Counted from the first letter of the stretch, positions 16,650-27,201 are shown. The stretch: 32,000 nt of DNA from an archaeon (GCA_024277355.1 JAJRVL010000002.1:60001-92000), one strand, 5' to 3'. The notes: generated from the letters alone by a model not told the origin. Translations and numbers: made by a program.

Positions 16650-17624
16650 TCAAAAATACTTGATTTTAAGTATTTCAGAATAAAGGATATAATTGTAGTC
16701 TTTGATTATATCAAAGAATTTTTCTTTCATTTCTTTTATTATTTTCTTGAATTCCTTATGCGAAGAAACAACTAATTCCATTTCAAAATCAGCAAAACCA
16801 ATTGTTTTGTCAACATAAATTATTTTTTCATGCTGTAATGCAAAATTCACTAATTTATTGTATTGTTTTAAATCCTTTAAATTAAAATTAACTTTATAGT
16901 AATTTAACTCAAACAAGTCAAAGTTTAAGTTTAATCTAAAACCTTGAATTAATCCTTCTTTTTTCATTTTTTCCAATGCATATTTGACTTGGATTGGGGT
17001 TATCTTCAGTTTTTTTGCAATTTCAACTGAACCAATTCTTGCATTATCTGAAACTATTTTTAAAATTTTTTTTTCTTTTTCTGAAACCTTAATTCTTTTG
17101 TCTGTTCCTGAAATAATTTTTTTTCTTTCTTCTTTTTCTGGCTTAAGAAAAGCAAGGTTAAACTGAATTAAACCTGAATAAAGTGAAACATCAATTTTTT
17201 GAAATAAATTCCTGTATTTTATCATTAATTTTTTCCAAAATTCATTGAATTCAAATGAATTTTTTGCCCAAATCACAAAACATAAGTCAAATTCGCCGTC
17301 AGTTTTTCCGACCCACCAAATCATATTATTTCCAATTAAATAGTTAGTTAATTCCTGTTCTTGTTCAGGATTAATGTACTGGTATTTCAGATAAACCCTG
17401 AACTGTTCAAACCCAAGCAAAGACATGTCAATAGCAGAATAATAACCTAAAATAACTTTTTTTTCCTCAAGTTTTTTTATTCTGTAATTGACGGTTCCTG
17501 AATTTAACTTAATTTTTTTTGCCAGCTTGTTAACTGAAATTCTTGAATTCAAATCCAATTCAAATAAAATTTCCCTGTCTTTTGAATCCAGTTCAAGTTT
17601 ATTAAAAATAGCATTTAAAGACAT
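16650..17624 (-). CDS. Lrp/AsnC-type transcriptional regulator with a second C-terminal-half HTH
   Basis: LDSKDREILFELDLNSRISVNKLAKKIKLNSGTVNYRIKKLEEKKVILGYYSAID; second HTH KEKKILKIVSDNARIGSVEIAKKLKITPIQVKYALEKMKKEGLI. Confidence 0.85.
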   Translation of the reverse strand: MSLNAIFNKLELDSKDREILFELDLNSRISVNKLAKKIKLNSGTVNYRIKKLEEKKVILGYYSAIDMSLLGFEQFRVYLKYQYINPEQEQELTNYLIGNNMIWWVGKTDGEFDLCFVIWAKNSFEFNEFWKKLMIKYRNLFQKIDVSLYSGLIQFNLAFLKPEKEERKKIISGTDKRIKVSEKEKKILKIVSDNARIGSVEIAKKLKITPIQVKYALEKMKKEGLIQGFRLNLNFDLFELNYYKVNFNLKDLKQYNKLVNFALQHEKIIYVDKTIGFADFEMELVVSSHKEFKKIIKEMKEKFFDIIKDYNYILYSEILKIKYF

Positions 17625-17713
17625 ATTTAATCAAATTAATAAAAATAGTTAAATTATTATCGTTTTGATTAAAAATCACTTAAAAACTTTTAATAGGCTG
17701 ATAACACACAGTT

Positions 17714-18490
17714 ATGTATATGTCTAATCTTTATTCTATTGATTTTATTTGGGATATTTGTTTAGAATCTCTTTATAACAAAAAACTTTATTCAAAGTCT
17801 CTTACAAAACTTTTTAATAAATATAACTCAAAAAAAATTCTTGACTGTTCTTGTGGAACAGGTTTTCCTTCAATTGAATTAAAGAAAAACGGCTTTGATT
17901 TAACTTGTTCTGATGCAAGCTTTAATGCAGTTAAAATCCTTAAATCAAAATTAAAGCAGGAAAATATTTCAATGCCTGTATTAAATCTTAGCTGGCAGAA
18001 ATTAGATTCTTTTTTTAATGAAGAATTTGATGCAGTTTTATGCAGGGGCAATTCAATTAGTTATGCAGTTTCTTGGGAAAAGAATTCAGTTGATCTTGAA
18101 GAAGCAAGAAAAGAAATTATTGTTTCACTGAAAAACATATATTCTGTAATAAAAAAAGGAGGAATCCTTTACATTGACATTGCTTCACTTAAACCAAAGA
18201 ATCCGCTTAATTCAGTTTTTATAAAAGAGTTTTCTTCTGGAAAACTTAAAGGAAAAAAATTAAGTATTAGTTCTGAAGTAAATAATTTAGTGACTGAAAA
18301 TAAAAGAACCTGGAAACTTAATGTTTTAGTTGAACCTGAAAATAAAAGTCATTCAATTTATTCTGAAGGATATCTTTTAACTAAAATAGAATTAGTTTCA
18401 GTTCTAAAACAAATTGGCTTTAAAGAAATTCTTCCGTGCAGTGAAATCAAAGGCGAAAAAGTTTATGACGCTTTTGTTGCATTAAAATAA
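17714..18490 (+). CDS. Class I SAM-dependent methyltransferase
   Basis: KILDCSCGTGFPSIELKKNGFDLTCSDASFNAVKIL...FDAVLCRGNSISYAV...VIKKGGILYIDIASL. Confidence 0.88.
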   Translation: MYMSNLYSIDFIWDICLESLYNKKLYSKSLTKLFNKYNSKKILDCSCGTGFPSIELKKNGFDLTCSDASFNAVKILKSKLKQENISMPVLNLSWQKLDSFFNEEFDAVLCRGNSISYAVSWEKNSVDLEEARKEIIVSLKNIYSVIKKGGILYIDIASLKPKNPLNSVFIKEFSSGKLKGKKLSISSEVNNLVTENKRTWKLNVLVEPENKSHSIYSEGYLLTKIELVSVLKQIGFKEILPCSEIKGEKVYDAFVALK

Positions 18491-18501
18491 TATGTGGTTA
18501 A

Positions 18502-18837
18502 ATGAAGTGTTTTTTGAAATCAAAAATTCACAGGGCAAAAGTGACTGAAGCAAACTTAGATTATGTTGGAAGCATTTCAATTGATGAAAAATTAATGCAG
18601 AAAGCAGGGTTAGAAGAAAATGAAAAAGTTTTGGTTGCAAATATTTCTAATGGAGAAAGAATTGAAACATATGTAATCAAAGGAAAAAAAGGAGAAATCT
18701 GCTTAAATGGAGCAGCGGCAAAAAAATTCATGGAAAATGATTTAGTTATAATAATGGCTTTTGAATATTCAGACAAACCAGTTAAACCAAAAATTGTTTT
18801 GGTTGATGAAAATAATGGGTTTAAGGAGTTTTTGTAA
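18502..18837 (+). CDS. panD: Aspartate 1-decarboxylase, PanD type (pyruvoyl)
   Basis: SKIHRAKVTEANLDYVGSISIDEKLMQKAGLEENEKVLVANISNGERIETYVIKGKKGEICLNGAAA; GS self-processing site present. Confidence 0.92.
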   Translation: MKCFLKSKIHRAKVTEANLDYVGSISIDEKLMQKAGLEENEKVLVANISNGERIETYVIKGKKGEICLNGAAAKKFMENDLVIIMAFEYSDKPVKPKIVLVDENNGFKEFL

Positions 18838-19491
18838 TCACGGCAGGTAATATTTTAATACTGTTCCGTAACTTCTGTTCATAATTTTTGCTATTTCTGA
18901 AGGAGTTTTTCCTTGGTTTTTTAATTTTTGTATTTGTTGTTTTTCTTTTTGGCTTAGAATTTTAATTTTTCCTCCTTTTTGTTTTCCTCCTTTTTTTTGC
19001 ATTTCTCTTAATTCTTTTTTTGGTCTTATTTCAAGTAGTTTGTTAATGTAAAGTAGTGCGGTTGAACTTATTTTAATTCCTTTTTTTTTCATTTCTGTGG
19101 AAATTTGTCTGAGTGACTTATTTTTTTCACTGAAAATTTTGTTTGATGCAATAATTAATGTTATTGCATTAAGCGTGTTTCTTGAATTAATTTGCTGGTT
19201 TTTTATGTAGTGTTCCCATAATTTATTTCTTGTTTTTAATGGAATGTCTTTTCTTATCAAAACAAAGAATTTTTCTTTTTTCATTGGAGCTAATTTTTTT
19301 TGTAATAAATTGTGTTTTATTAAACTATTTCTGACAGTTTGATTTGAAACAGTTATTTTAAATTTTGTTTCAATTTGGTTTTGTATTTCGGCAACTGAAA
19401 GAGGTTTATTTAAAATAAAGTTTTTGTTTACCTGCCTTTTAATAGAATTAATTATTTGCGGTGAAATTTTTGGAGTATTTTTTCTTTTCAT
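18838..19491 (-). CDS. Very basic protein with HTH-like segments (family A, member 1)
   Basis: KPLSVAEIQNQIETKFKITVSNQTVRNSLIKHNLL; MKKEKFFVLIRKDIPLKTRNKLWEHYIKN; C-terminal LSQKEKQQIQKLKNQGKTPSEIAKIMNRSYGTVLKYYLP. Confidence 0.7.
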   Translation of the reverse strand: MKRKNTPKISPQIINSIKRQVNKNFILNKPLSVAEIQNQIETKFKITVSNQTVRNSLIKHNLLQKKLAPMKKEKFFVLIRKDIPLKTRNKLWEHYIKNQQINSRNTLNAITLIIASNKIFSEKNKSLRQISTEMKKKGIKISSTALLYINKLLEIRPKKELREMQKKGGKQKGGKIKILSQKEKQQIQKLKNQGKTPSEIAKIMNRSYGTVLKYYLP

Positions 19492-19496
19492 ATAAA

Positions 19497-20444
19497 TCAG
19501 AAATCTTTTGAAGTTGGAAACCTCATTTTATTCATTTTATTGATTTTTTCAATTCTTAATTGTTTTTGTCTTTTGCTCCATAAATTATTTATTTTTTCCA
19601 TTAAAATTTTTTCATTTTTAATTCCTGTTTTTTCTAATTGTGCTAACACGTCAGCAGGATAATAATCCATGTTAACTAATTCACTTATTTTTATGCTGAT
19701 TTCTTTTGAAACGGTTTTTGGTTTAATTTTAATTTTTGTTTTGTTTCCAAAATAAAATCTTTTTCGCATTGCTTTTTCTTCTTTAGAAAATATTTCTAAT
19801 CTGGTTGAAATAACATTTATTCCTGATAAAGAAATGCTTACTTTTTTTTCAGCTAATTTTTTTTGAATTTCAATAAAAGCAGTTGGTTTTTTTGTGTTTT
19901 TTTGTTTGAATAATTCTACTGCAATTTTAATGTAATTTTTTGCAGGTATTTTGTATTTTATTTTAACTGAATTTCTTGCATATAATTTCCAAAGCTTGTT
20001 TTGTTTGTCTGCTGAAAAATATTTTTTTATTTGGTTTGGAATTGATTTTGAAATTAAATCAAAAAACCTTTTTTTTGGCATTATTTTGTTTTTTTTTCTT
20101 GTTTGTCTGTAAACAGAAAGTTTTGTCTGTCTTTTTGGTTTTTTTGGAGTTGTTCCTTTGTTTTCCCAGTAATTTTTAATTGCTATTTTGATTTCTCCGT
20201 GATGTAATTTTATTCCTTCTTTTATAAGTTTGTTTTTAATTGCATTAGCACTTAATTGTTGTTCAGTCATTTCTCCAATTTTTTTCATAGTTGTTTCATT
20301 AATTCTTTTAACTTTTGGTTTTATTTTAACTTCAGCAACCATGATTTTTTTGGTTTGTTGTATGCTAAAACTTGAATTAACTCTTGTTCTTTTGCTTAAG
20401 TGATTTTGTTTTAGCATTTTTTTTATTGGAACAGGTTTTTTCAT
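19497..20444 (-). CDS. Very basic protein with HTH-like segments (family A, member 2)
   Basis: MPKKRFFDLISKSIPNQIKKYFSADKQNKLWKLYARN...FIEIQKKLAEKKVSISLSGINVISTRLEIFSKEEK aligns with the neighbour downstream. Confidence 0.7.
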   Translation of the reverse strand: MKKPVPIKKMLKQNHLSKRTRVNSSFSIQQTKKIMVAEVKIKPKVKRINETTMKKIGEMTEQQLSANAIKNKLIKEGIKLHHGEIKIAIKNYWENKGTTPKKPKRQTKLSVYRQTRKKNKIMPKKRFFDLISKSIPNQIKKYFSADKQNKLWKLYARNSVKIKYKIPAKNYIKIAVELFKQKNTKKPTAFIEIQKKLAEKKVSISLSGINVISTRLEIFSKEEKAMRKRFYFGNKTKIKIKPKTVSKEISIKISELVNMDYYPADVLAQLEKTGIKNEKILMEKINNLWSKRQKQLRIEKINKMNKMRFPTSKDF

Positions 20445-20470
20445 TATTTAATTGTATTTTTCTTTCTTTT

Positions 20471-20504
20471 TAAATTTCACTGGCGTTTATCTTCATAAAC
20501 CTTT
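20471..20504. promoter_or_regulatory. Shared divergent-promoter element, copy 1 (upstream of nurA and the 20444 basic-protein gene)
   Basis: TAAATTTCACTGGCGTTT-N8-AAACCTTT; TATA-like boxes on both sides about 25 nt from each ATG. Confidence 0.7.
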
Positions 20505-20530
20505 TTAAATTAACAAAACTTTTATTTTAT

Positions 20531-21628
20531 ATGAATGTTAATTCTTTGATTAATGATGCAGTAACTAAAATTAAAGGCAATGAAGGAAAGAAAAAAAACA
20601 TTGCAGGAAAATTAACTGCAGTAAAAAAAACAAATTTAAGTGAATTTAATTCAAAAGAATTATTTGAAGAAAACTTTTTTTTTGAAATTTCTCCTGCTGA
20701 ATTAAACAATAAAATTGCCGGAACTGATTCAGGGTTTGTTGGAAAAAGAATGCATTCAGTTGATATTGTTTTAATTAAAACAGTTTCAGCAGTTTTTTCT
20801 TATCAAAAAAACAAATTAACTAAAGCAGAATATTTTCCTTCTCCTACTGCTTTTCCTAAACCTTTTATTTCTTCTAATACTCTGGAAAATGATGAATTTC
20901 AGTCTAATCAGTCTTTAATGAGGTTAAAAGAAGAAATTTCTAATTCAATAGAAGTAATAGAAAAATTTAAGCCTGATTATTGTTTTTTGGATGGAAGTAT
21001 TATTCCGCAGTATGCTGAAACAAAAAAAGATTCACAGTTGTATTCAAATTATTCTAATTTAATTAAATTATTTCAAGAATTATATGAAACTGCAGAGCAA
21101 AACAAATGTAATTTAATTGCTACTGTGGAAGATTCAAGGGGTTCAAGATTCAGGAGTATTTTGCAGAAAGAAATCTTAGAAAAAAATAAGTTAATTGAGT
21201 CAGATGCATTAAATTCTTTTTTTGATTCAAGTTTACTTGATTATTTGCTTTCAAAAAATGAAAGAAGTTTTTGTTTTAATTACACGTCATCCATAAAAGA
21301 GCATCCGATTTTAAAGGATTTTAATGAAAAATGGGCTTCAAGAATAAAAACTTTTTATTTAAAGCCTTCAATGCTTGACAGGCCTTTAAGAATTGAATTT
21401 CTTCATAACGGAAAAAATTTAACTGAATACTGTAATGAAATTGCTTCTGTTGTTTTGTCTTTGTCTTCTTTGCATAAAGAATATGCTTATCCTTCTGTTT
21501 TAATTGAAGCAGATTTAAGGGCAAGATTAAAACCAAATGAAGTGGAAATTTTGTTTAATAAAATTCAGGATAAATTAGGAAGAGAAAATGCTTTTTTGGC
21601 TTTAAGGAGAAATTCAAGGCCGTTTTGA
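20531..21628 (+). CDS. nurA: NurA-domain 5'-3' nuclease
   Basis: IAGTDSGFVGKRMHSVDIVLIKTVSAVF...KPDYCFLDGSIIPQYA...LIATVEDSRGSRFRSILQ: NurA catalytic-Asp motifs. Confidence 0.82.
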   Translation: MNVNSLINDAVTKIKGNEGKKKNIAGKLTAVKKTNLSEFNSKELFEENFFFEISPAELNNKIAGTDSGFVGKRMHSVDIVLIKTVSAVFSYQKNKLTKAEYFPSPTAFPKPFISSNTLENDEFQSNQSLMRLKEEISNSIEVIEKFKPDYCFLDGSIIPQYAETKKDSQLYSNYSNLIKLFQELYETAEQNKCNLIATVEDSRGSRFRSILQKEILEKNKLIESDALNSFFDSSLLDYLLSKNERSFCFNYTSSIKEHPILKDFNEKWASRIKTFYLKPSMLDRPLRIEFLHNGKNLTEYCNEIASVVLSLSSLHKEYAYPSVLIEADLRARLKPNEVEILFNKIQDKLGRENAFLALRRNSRPF

Positions 21629-21677
21629 TGAAAGGATTAATATTATTTTTCTTTCTTCTTTTTTTTAGTGAATTAAG

Positions 21678-22349
21678 ATGGAAAAATTAAAAGTTAAAGC
21701 AGTTTTTTTTGATTTATGGAATACTTTGGCTTTTACTGATTCAAAAAAAGATTTATTCAGAGAAATGCAGGTTCGTTTTGGTTTAAATGAAATAACTCAT
21801 TCTCAGTTTTTGCAGGGATGTGAAAGAGCAATAATGTTAGAGGAATTTGAAACTTTAGAGCATTTATATTCAAAGTTGCTGAATTATTTTTCTGTTCCTT
21901 CAGGAGAAATTATGTTAGGGGACTTGGATTTTTTATGGAATTATACTTTAAAGAAAAACAAGTTTTATCCTGAAACAAAAAAAGTTTTAACTAAAACAAA
22001 AAAACATTTTAAGACTGCTTTAATTTCTAATTGCGAGAATTTTGGAGTTAAAGGGTTGTCTAATGGATTTGATTTTAAGGATTATTTTGATGAAATAATT
22101 CTGTCTTGTGATGTAAATTTATTAAAACCTAATTCAAAAATTTTTCAGGTTCCTTTAAAAAAACTTAAAGTTAAACCTGAACAGGCAGTAATGATTGGTG
22201 ATTCAATTCGAACTGACATGAAAGGCGCAAAAAGATCAGGATTAAAAACAATTTTAATTGACAGAAAACAAAGATTTAAAGGAAAAAAATTAGAGGTTGA
22301 TGCTGTTATTTCTTCTTTAAATGAATTAGAAAAAGTAATTGAATTTTAA
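21678..22349 (+). CDS. HAD-superfamily hydrolase
   Basis: VFFDLWNTLAFTD, ALISNCENFG, LLKPNSKIFQVPLKKLKVKPEQAVMIGDSIRTDMKGAKRSGLKTILI. Confidence 0.9.
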   Translation: MEKLKVKAVFFDLWNTLAFTDSKKDLFREMQVRFGLNEITHSQFLQGCERAIMLEEFETLEHLYSKLLNYFSVPSGEIMLGDLDFLWNYTLKKNKFYPETKKVLTKTKKHFKTALISNCENFGVKGLSNGFDFKDYFDEIILSCDVNLLKPNSKIFQVPLKKLKVKPEQAVMIGDSIRTDMKGAKRSGLKTILIDRKQRFKGKKLEVDAVISSLNELEKVIEF

Positions 22350-22354
22350 TGAAT

Positions 22355-23005
22355 TTAATAAGAAGAATCTCTGGTTTCTCTTATAATCCAATCAACTGCC
22401 TTAAATCCGGTTAATTGCTGTCTTTCTCTTTTGCTTCCTAATGAAAAAGTTTTTGCGTCATGTTTGAATTCTGCTGCAATTTTTTTCCATATGTCTCTTG
22501 TAGAAAGCTTGTTGTTTTTTGTTAATTCAATTATTCTGTTTTCAATCAGGTTATTTCTTATTTTTGTTTTTCCTTTAGCTGAAGTTATTTTTGGAATAGT
22601 TGTTTTAGGAGTGCTTATTGTAATTGAATTAGTGTTATATTCTTTTGCTTTAACTAAACCTGTTTCGTTTGCAATTCTTCTTAATGAAGCATAACTCATT
22701 CCATCAATTTTTTTTGAAACAGCAACTAAATTAAGTTTTCCTTTTTTTGATTCAATCCATAAAACATTAACTGCATTAACAATGTTTTCCGGAGAAATAA
22801 TTTTAGCGTTTTTAACTGAATTTTTTGAATTACTTTTTATTAATTCAAATGTTTTTAATTTAATTCTCCTTGGAATTGTTTTATTAAATGATCTAAAAAA
22901 TTTAGGCAGAACATTTCGCCCCAAAACAACTTTTCTCGGTTTAAGCATTTTTTGTGTTCTTGCATTTCTTCTTCTTACAGTTAAATGAGCTCGATTTTTA
23001 TTCAT
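22355..23005 (-). CDS. Very basic protein with HTH-like segments (probable distant member of the same family)
   Basis: LPKFFRSFNKTIPRRIKLKTFELIKSN...; internal repeats IVNAVNVLWIESKKGKLNLVAVSKKIDGMSYASLRRIANETGL and RIIELTKNNKLSTRDIWKKIA. Confidence 0.65.
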   Translation of the reverse strand: MNKNRAHLTVRRRNARTQKMLKPRKVVLGRNVLPKFFRSFNKTIPRRIKLKTFELIKSNSKNSVKNAKIISPENIVNAVNVLWIESKKGKLNLVAVSKKIDGMSYASLRRIANETGLVKAKEYNTNSITISTPKTTIPKITSAKGKTKIRNNLIENRIIELTKNNKLSTRDIWKKIAAEFKHDAKTFSLGSKRERQQLTGFKAVDWIIRETRDSSY

Positions 23006-23030
23006 AATTTATTTTGTTTTTTAAAGTTTA

Positions 23031-23064
23031 TAAATTTCACTGGCGTTTTACACTGAAAACCTTT
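23031..23064. promoter_or_regulatory. Shared divergent-promoter element, copy 2 (upstream of herA and the 23005 basic-protein gene)
   Basis: TAAATTTCACTGGCGTTT-N8-AAACCTTT, identical to copy 1 outside the 8-nt spacer; overlaps TTTATAAA at 23027-23034. Confidence 0.7.
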
Positions 23065-23085
23065 AAATAACTTATAATCATTTTT

Positions 23086-24627
<1,542 letters not shown>

Positions 24628-24652
24628 TAATTAAAAAAAACACTAATTTTTT

Positions 24653-25234
24653 ATGCTAAGAAAACTTTGGAGAAAAACCCGAAAACCTTTTGTTAAAACT
24701 GTTCAGGGATTAAAAAAAGTTGAAGGTGGAAAAGAAAGAAGAAAAAAGTTAGCTGATTCTTTAAAACATGCAAGAAAAATAGATAAATGTATTAAAATTT
24801 CAAGATGGGGTCGTTTTGGAGAATCTTTTTTAGAACGTGATAAAAAAATTCTTCTTTCAAGAATTAATAATTTGCTTAATCGTGAAAAACAAGTTAAGGT
24901 AGTTAAAATTTTAGATTTAGGTTCTGGTTCAGGCGTTTATTGGGATAAACTTGTACAGGGAAACCCCAGACTTAAGAGGAAACTTAAAGTTGTTTGTATT
25001 AACCCTACAAGAACTCTTTTCAGAGAAACTGAAGTAAAAAGTCTTGTTTTAGGAAATCTTTTAACAATGAATAAAGCAAGATTTAAAAAATTTCTAAAAG
25101 AAAAAGGAAAATTTAATTTGGTTATTTCTTCTGCAGGCTCTTATCATTACAGTTTTGAAAAAGAATTATTTGATAGAAGAATAATGGATGTTTTAATTGA
25201 AAAAAAAGAATCTAATTTTTTGCTTTTAACTTAA
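24653..25234 (+). CDS. Class I SAM-dependent methyltransferase-like protein
   Basis: VVKILDLGSGSGVYWDKLVQGN...KVVCINPT...GKFNLVISSAGSYHY. Confidence 0.7.
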   Translation: MLRKLWRKTRKPFVKTVQGLKKVEGGKERRKKLADSLKHARKIDKCIKISRWGRFGESFLERDKKILLSRINNLLNREKQVKVVKILDLGSGSGVYWDKLVQGNPRLKRKLKVVCINPTRTLFRETEVKSLVLGNLLTMNKARFKKFLKEKGKFNLVISSAGSYHYSFEKELFDRRIMDVLIEKKESNFLLLT

Positions 25235-25486
25235 TCAAAAACCTAATTTTTTTAGTTTTGCACTTGGATCATCATTAATATATTCTTCTAATGCTTTTTC
25301 TAATTCATCTTCTTTTTCAAAACTTAATCCTTTTTTTGTTTTACCGCTTAATTCTTCAATTCTTAATCTTACTGCATCTCTTACTGCTTCAGTCCTTGAA
25401 GCATAAAAACCATTTTTAACTAATTTGTCAATTTTTTCAATGTCTTTTTTTGAAAAATTAATTAACACAGAAATTTTTGAATTCAT
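25235..25486 (-). CDS. Ribbon-helix-helix (CopG-like) DNA-binding protein; ORF track start is 25501
   Basis: KISVLINFSKKDIEKIDKLVKNGFYASRTEAVRDAVRLRIEELSGK. Confidence 0.8.
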   Translation of the reverse strand: MNSKISVLINFSKKDIEKIDKLVKNGFYASRTEAVRDAVRLRIEELSGKTKKGLSFEKEDELEKALEEYINDDPSAKLKKLGF

Positions 25487-25554
25487 AATACTAAAACACA
25501 ATTAAACTTAATAAATATATACTAAAATACATTATTTATATATTATTTATATAT

Positions 25555-27105
25555 TTGTTGCTTTCTTCACCGGCAGTCAGGAGTTGGGTTTTTGTTTTTA
25601 AAGAACTTAAATTTGTTTCTTGTATGCCTTTAACTTCCAATACCTTTTATTTATCCAATGCGGAATATGTTGAAAAAAAGAAAAGAGTTTCAGTTGAATT
25701 CTCTAACTTAAATGAAACAAGAAGAATTTCTTTTCCTTTTATTCCTTATATTATTCTTCATAAAAGTTTGCTGGACAAATCTTTTTTTGATTTCCTGAAA
25801 AAAAAGAAACTTAAAACCGAAAAAATAACTAATGGCTTTAAAGTTTTTTCAAGTGATTTTTCTTTTTTAGAAAAAGTGAATTCTTTTTTTGAAAAAAAAG
25901 GGATTTTACTTCCTTCTGAAACACAGTTTTTGTTATTAAAGAACTGGAGTTTTTTTGATGGATTTGAATTAAATGAAAATAATGAATTTGAAAAAAAAGG
26001 TTTTATTGAATTCCCTGAATTAAAACCTGAGTTCAGCTATAATTCCTTAAAAGAAAATGTTTCTGAAATGCTTTCTTTTTCTGATACTTCCGGAAAAAAC
26101 TTTTTAAATAAAATTATTCTTTCAAATGTTTTATGTTTAAAGCTGAATTATCTTAATGTTTCTAAATCGTCAATGCTTGATTCTTTTATTGAATTAATTT
26201 TATTTAGAAATAATTTTGCTTTTAATAAATCAAAACCAAAATTTGATTCAGGTTTTATTAAAAAATATTCAGGGAAATTAAAGGAAATTGATTTTTCTTT
26301 TGTCTGGCCTGTTTTGTTTTCTTTTCCTTTTCATAATTTAGGTTTTGATTCAGTTAATTGTTCCTGCTGTAAGCCGAAAGAATTTAATGAAAGAAATATT
26401 CTTCCTTCTTCTTTGATTGAAGTTAAATTCAATGAAGATGCCATTTATTTTGAATCATCTAATACTGACTGGAGTTCTTTTTTCCATGAAAAGGCTTTAG
26501 GAAAAGAAAAAAGAATTAAAAGAATGAATGAATGGCGTTTAAGAAACATTCCTTCAGGTCCTTTTTTCAGAAATGATGTTTTAAGAATTCCTTTAAATGA
26601 TGCATTAAAACTAAAAGAAGAAGAAAAAATAGTTTTCTTAAATGATCATAATTTAGTTTGGAGCTGTACTAAAAAAGAATGTTTTATTTCAAAAGAATTA
26701 ACTGAATTAAACAAAAAAACAGTTTTGTTTGATAAAAAAATAAATGAATTGGAATCCGGTTCAATTAAAGATAATGGAATTGCTTTTTCTTTGTTTCTGG
26801 AAAAAAATCCTGAATTTCATTTTTTCTCTGAATATAAAAATGTATTAAAAACAATTTTTTCTTCTGTTCCTTTTCATTTATCTTCTCATTCTTCTGCATT
26901 TTTTGATTTTGTTCTTTCAAATTCAATTAAATCTGTTTTTTCTTCGGTTTTAACTAAATTCAGGGAATTTTCAGTGTCTAATTCAAGTCCTTCTTTTATT
27001 ACAAAAAAAGGTGTGTTAGTTGATTCTGATAATCCTCTTGATTTGCTTACTGAATTCTCTAAAAACCAGAATATTCCTGTTCCAGAGCTTTCTATAAAGA
27101 ATTAA
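25555..27105 (+). CDS. Hypothetical protein, about 500 aa (possible start at the internal MPLTSNTF)
   Basis: Long sustained ORF with typical codon usage; includes CSCCKPKEF and SSFFHEKALGKEKRIKRMNEWRLRNIPSGPFFRNDVLRIPLNDAL. No family recognised. Confidence 0.75.
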   Translation: MLLSSPAVRSWVFVFKELKFVSCMPLTSNTFYLSNAEYVEKKKRVSVEFSNLNETRRISFPFIPYIILHKSLLDKSFFDFLKKKKLKTEKITNGFKVFSSDFSFLEKVNSFFEKKGILLPSETQFLLLKNWSFFDGFELNENNEFEKKGFIEFPELKPEFSYNSLKENVSEMLSFSDTSGKNFLNKIILSNVLCLKLNYLNVSKSSMLDSFIELILFRNNFAFNKSKPKFDSGFIKKYSGKLKEIDFSFVWPVLFSFPFHNLGFDSVNCSCCKPKEFNERNILPSSLIEVKFNEDAIYFESSNTDWSSFFHEKALGKEKRIKRMNEWRLRNIPSGPFFRNDVLRIPLNDALKLKEEEKIVFLNDHNLVWSCTKKECFISKELTELNKKTVLFDKKINELESGSIKDNGIAFSLFLEKNPEFHFFSEYKNVLKTIFSSVPFHLSSHSSAFFDFVLSNSIKSVFSSVLTKFREFSVSNSSPSFITKKGVLVDSDNPLDLLTEFSKNQNIPVPELSIKN

Positions 27106-27201
27106 CCCTAAAAGGTTTGCTTTTTATTTGTTTTCCTGTACTTTTAAGTATAATTTAACCGATTTTTTCTGGTTTTTATTTGTTAATTAAAGTGATTTAT
27201 T

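Noticed and set aside
16217-16663. Plus-strand ORFs 16217-16441 and 16472-16663
   Set aside because: Antisense to 16263-16613; His/Phe/Leu-rich artefacts.
18838-20444. Transposase or IS element coding for the basic HTH-like proteins
   Set aside because: No catalytic DDE-like core, no inverted repeats and no target duplication seen. The shared 18-mer occurs at promoters, not at element ends. Profile searches could still overturn this.
25555-27105. Toxin-antitoxin or defence-system call for the RHH protein plus the large unknown ORF
   Set aside because: They are divergently oriented, the RHH gene has no adjacent toxin-like partner, and the large ORF shows no recognised nuclease or effector motif.
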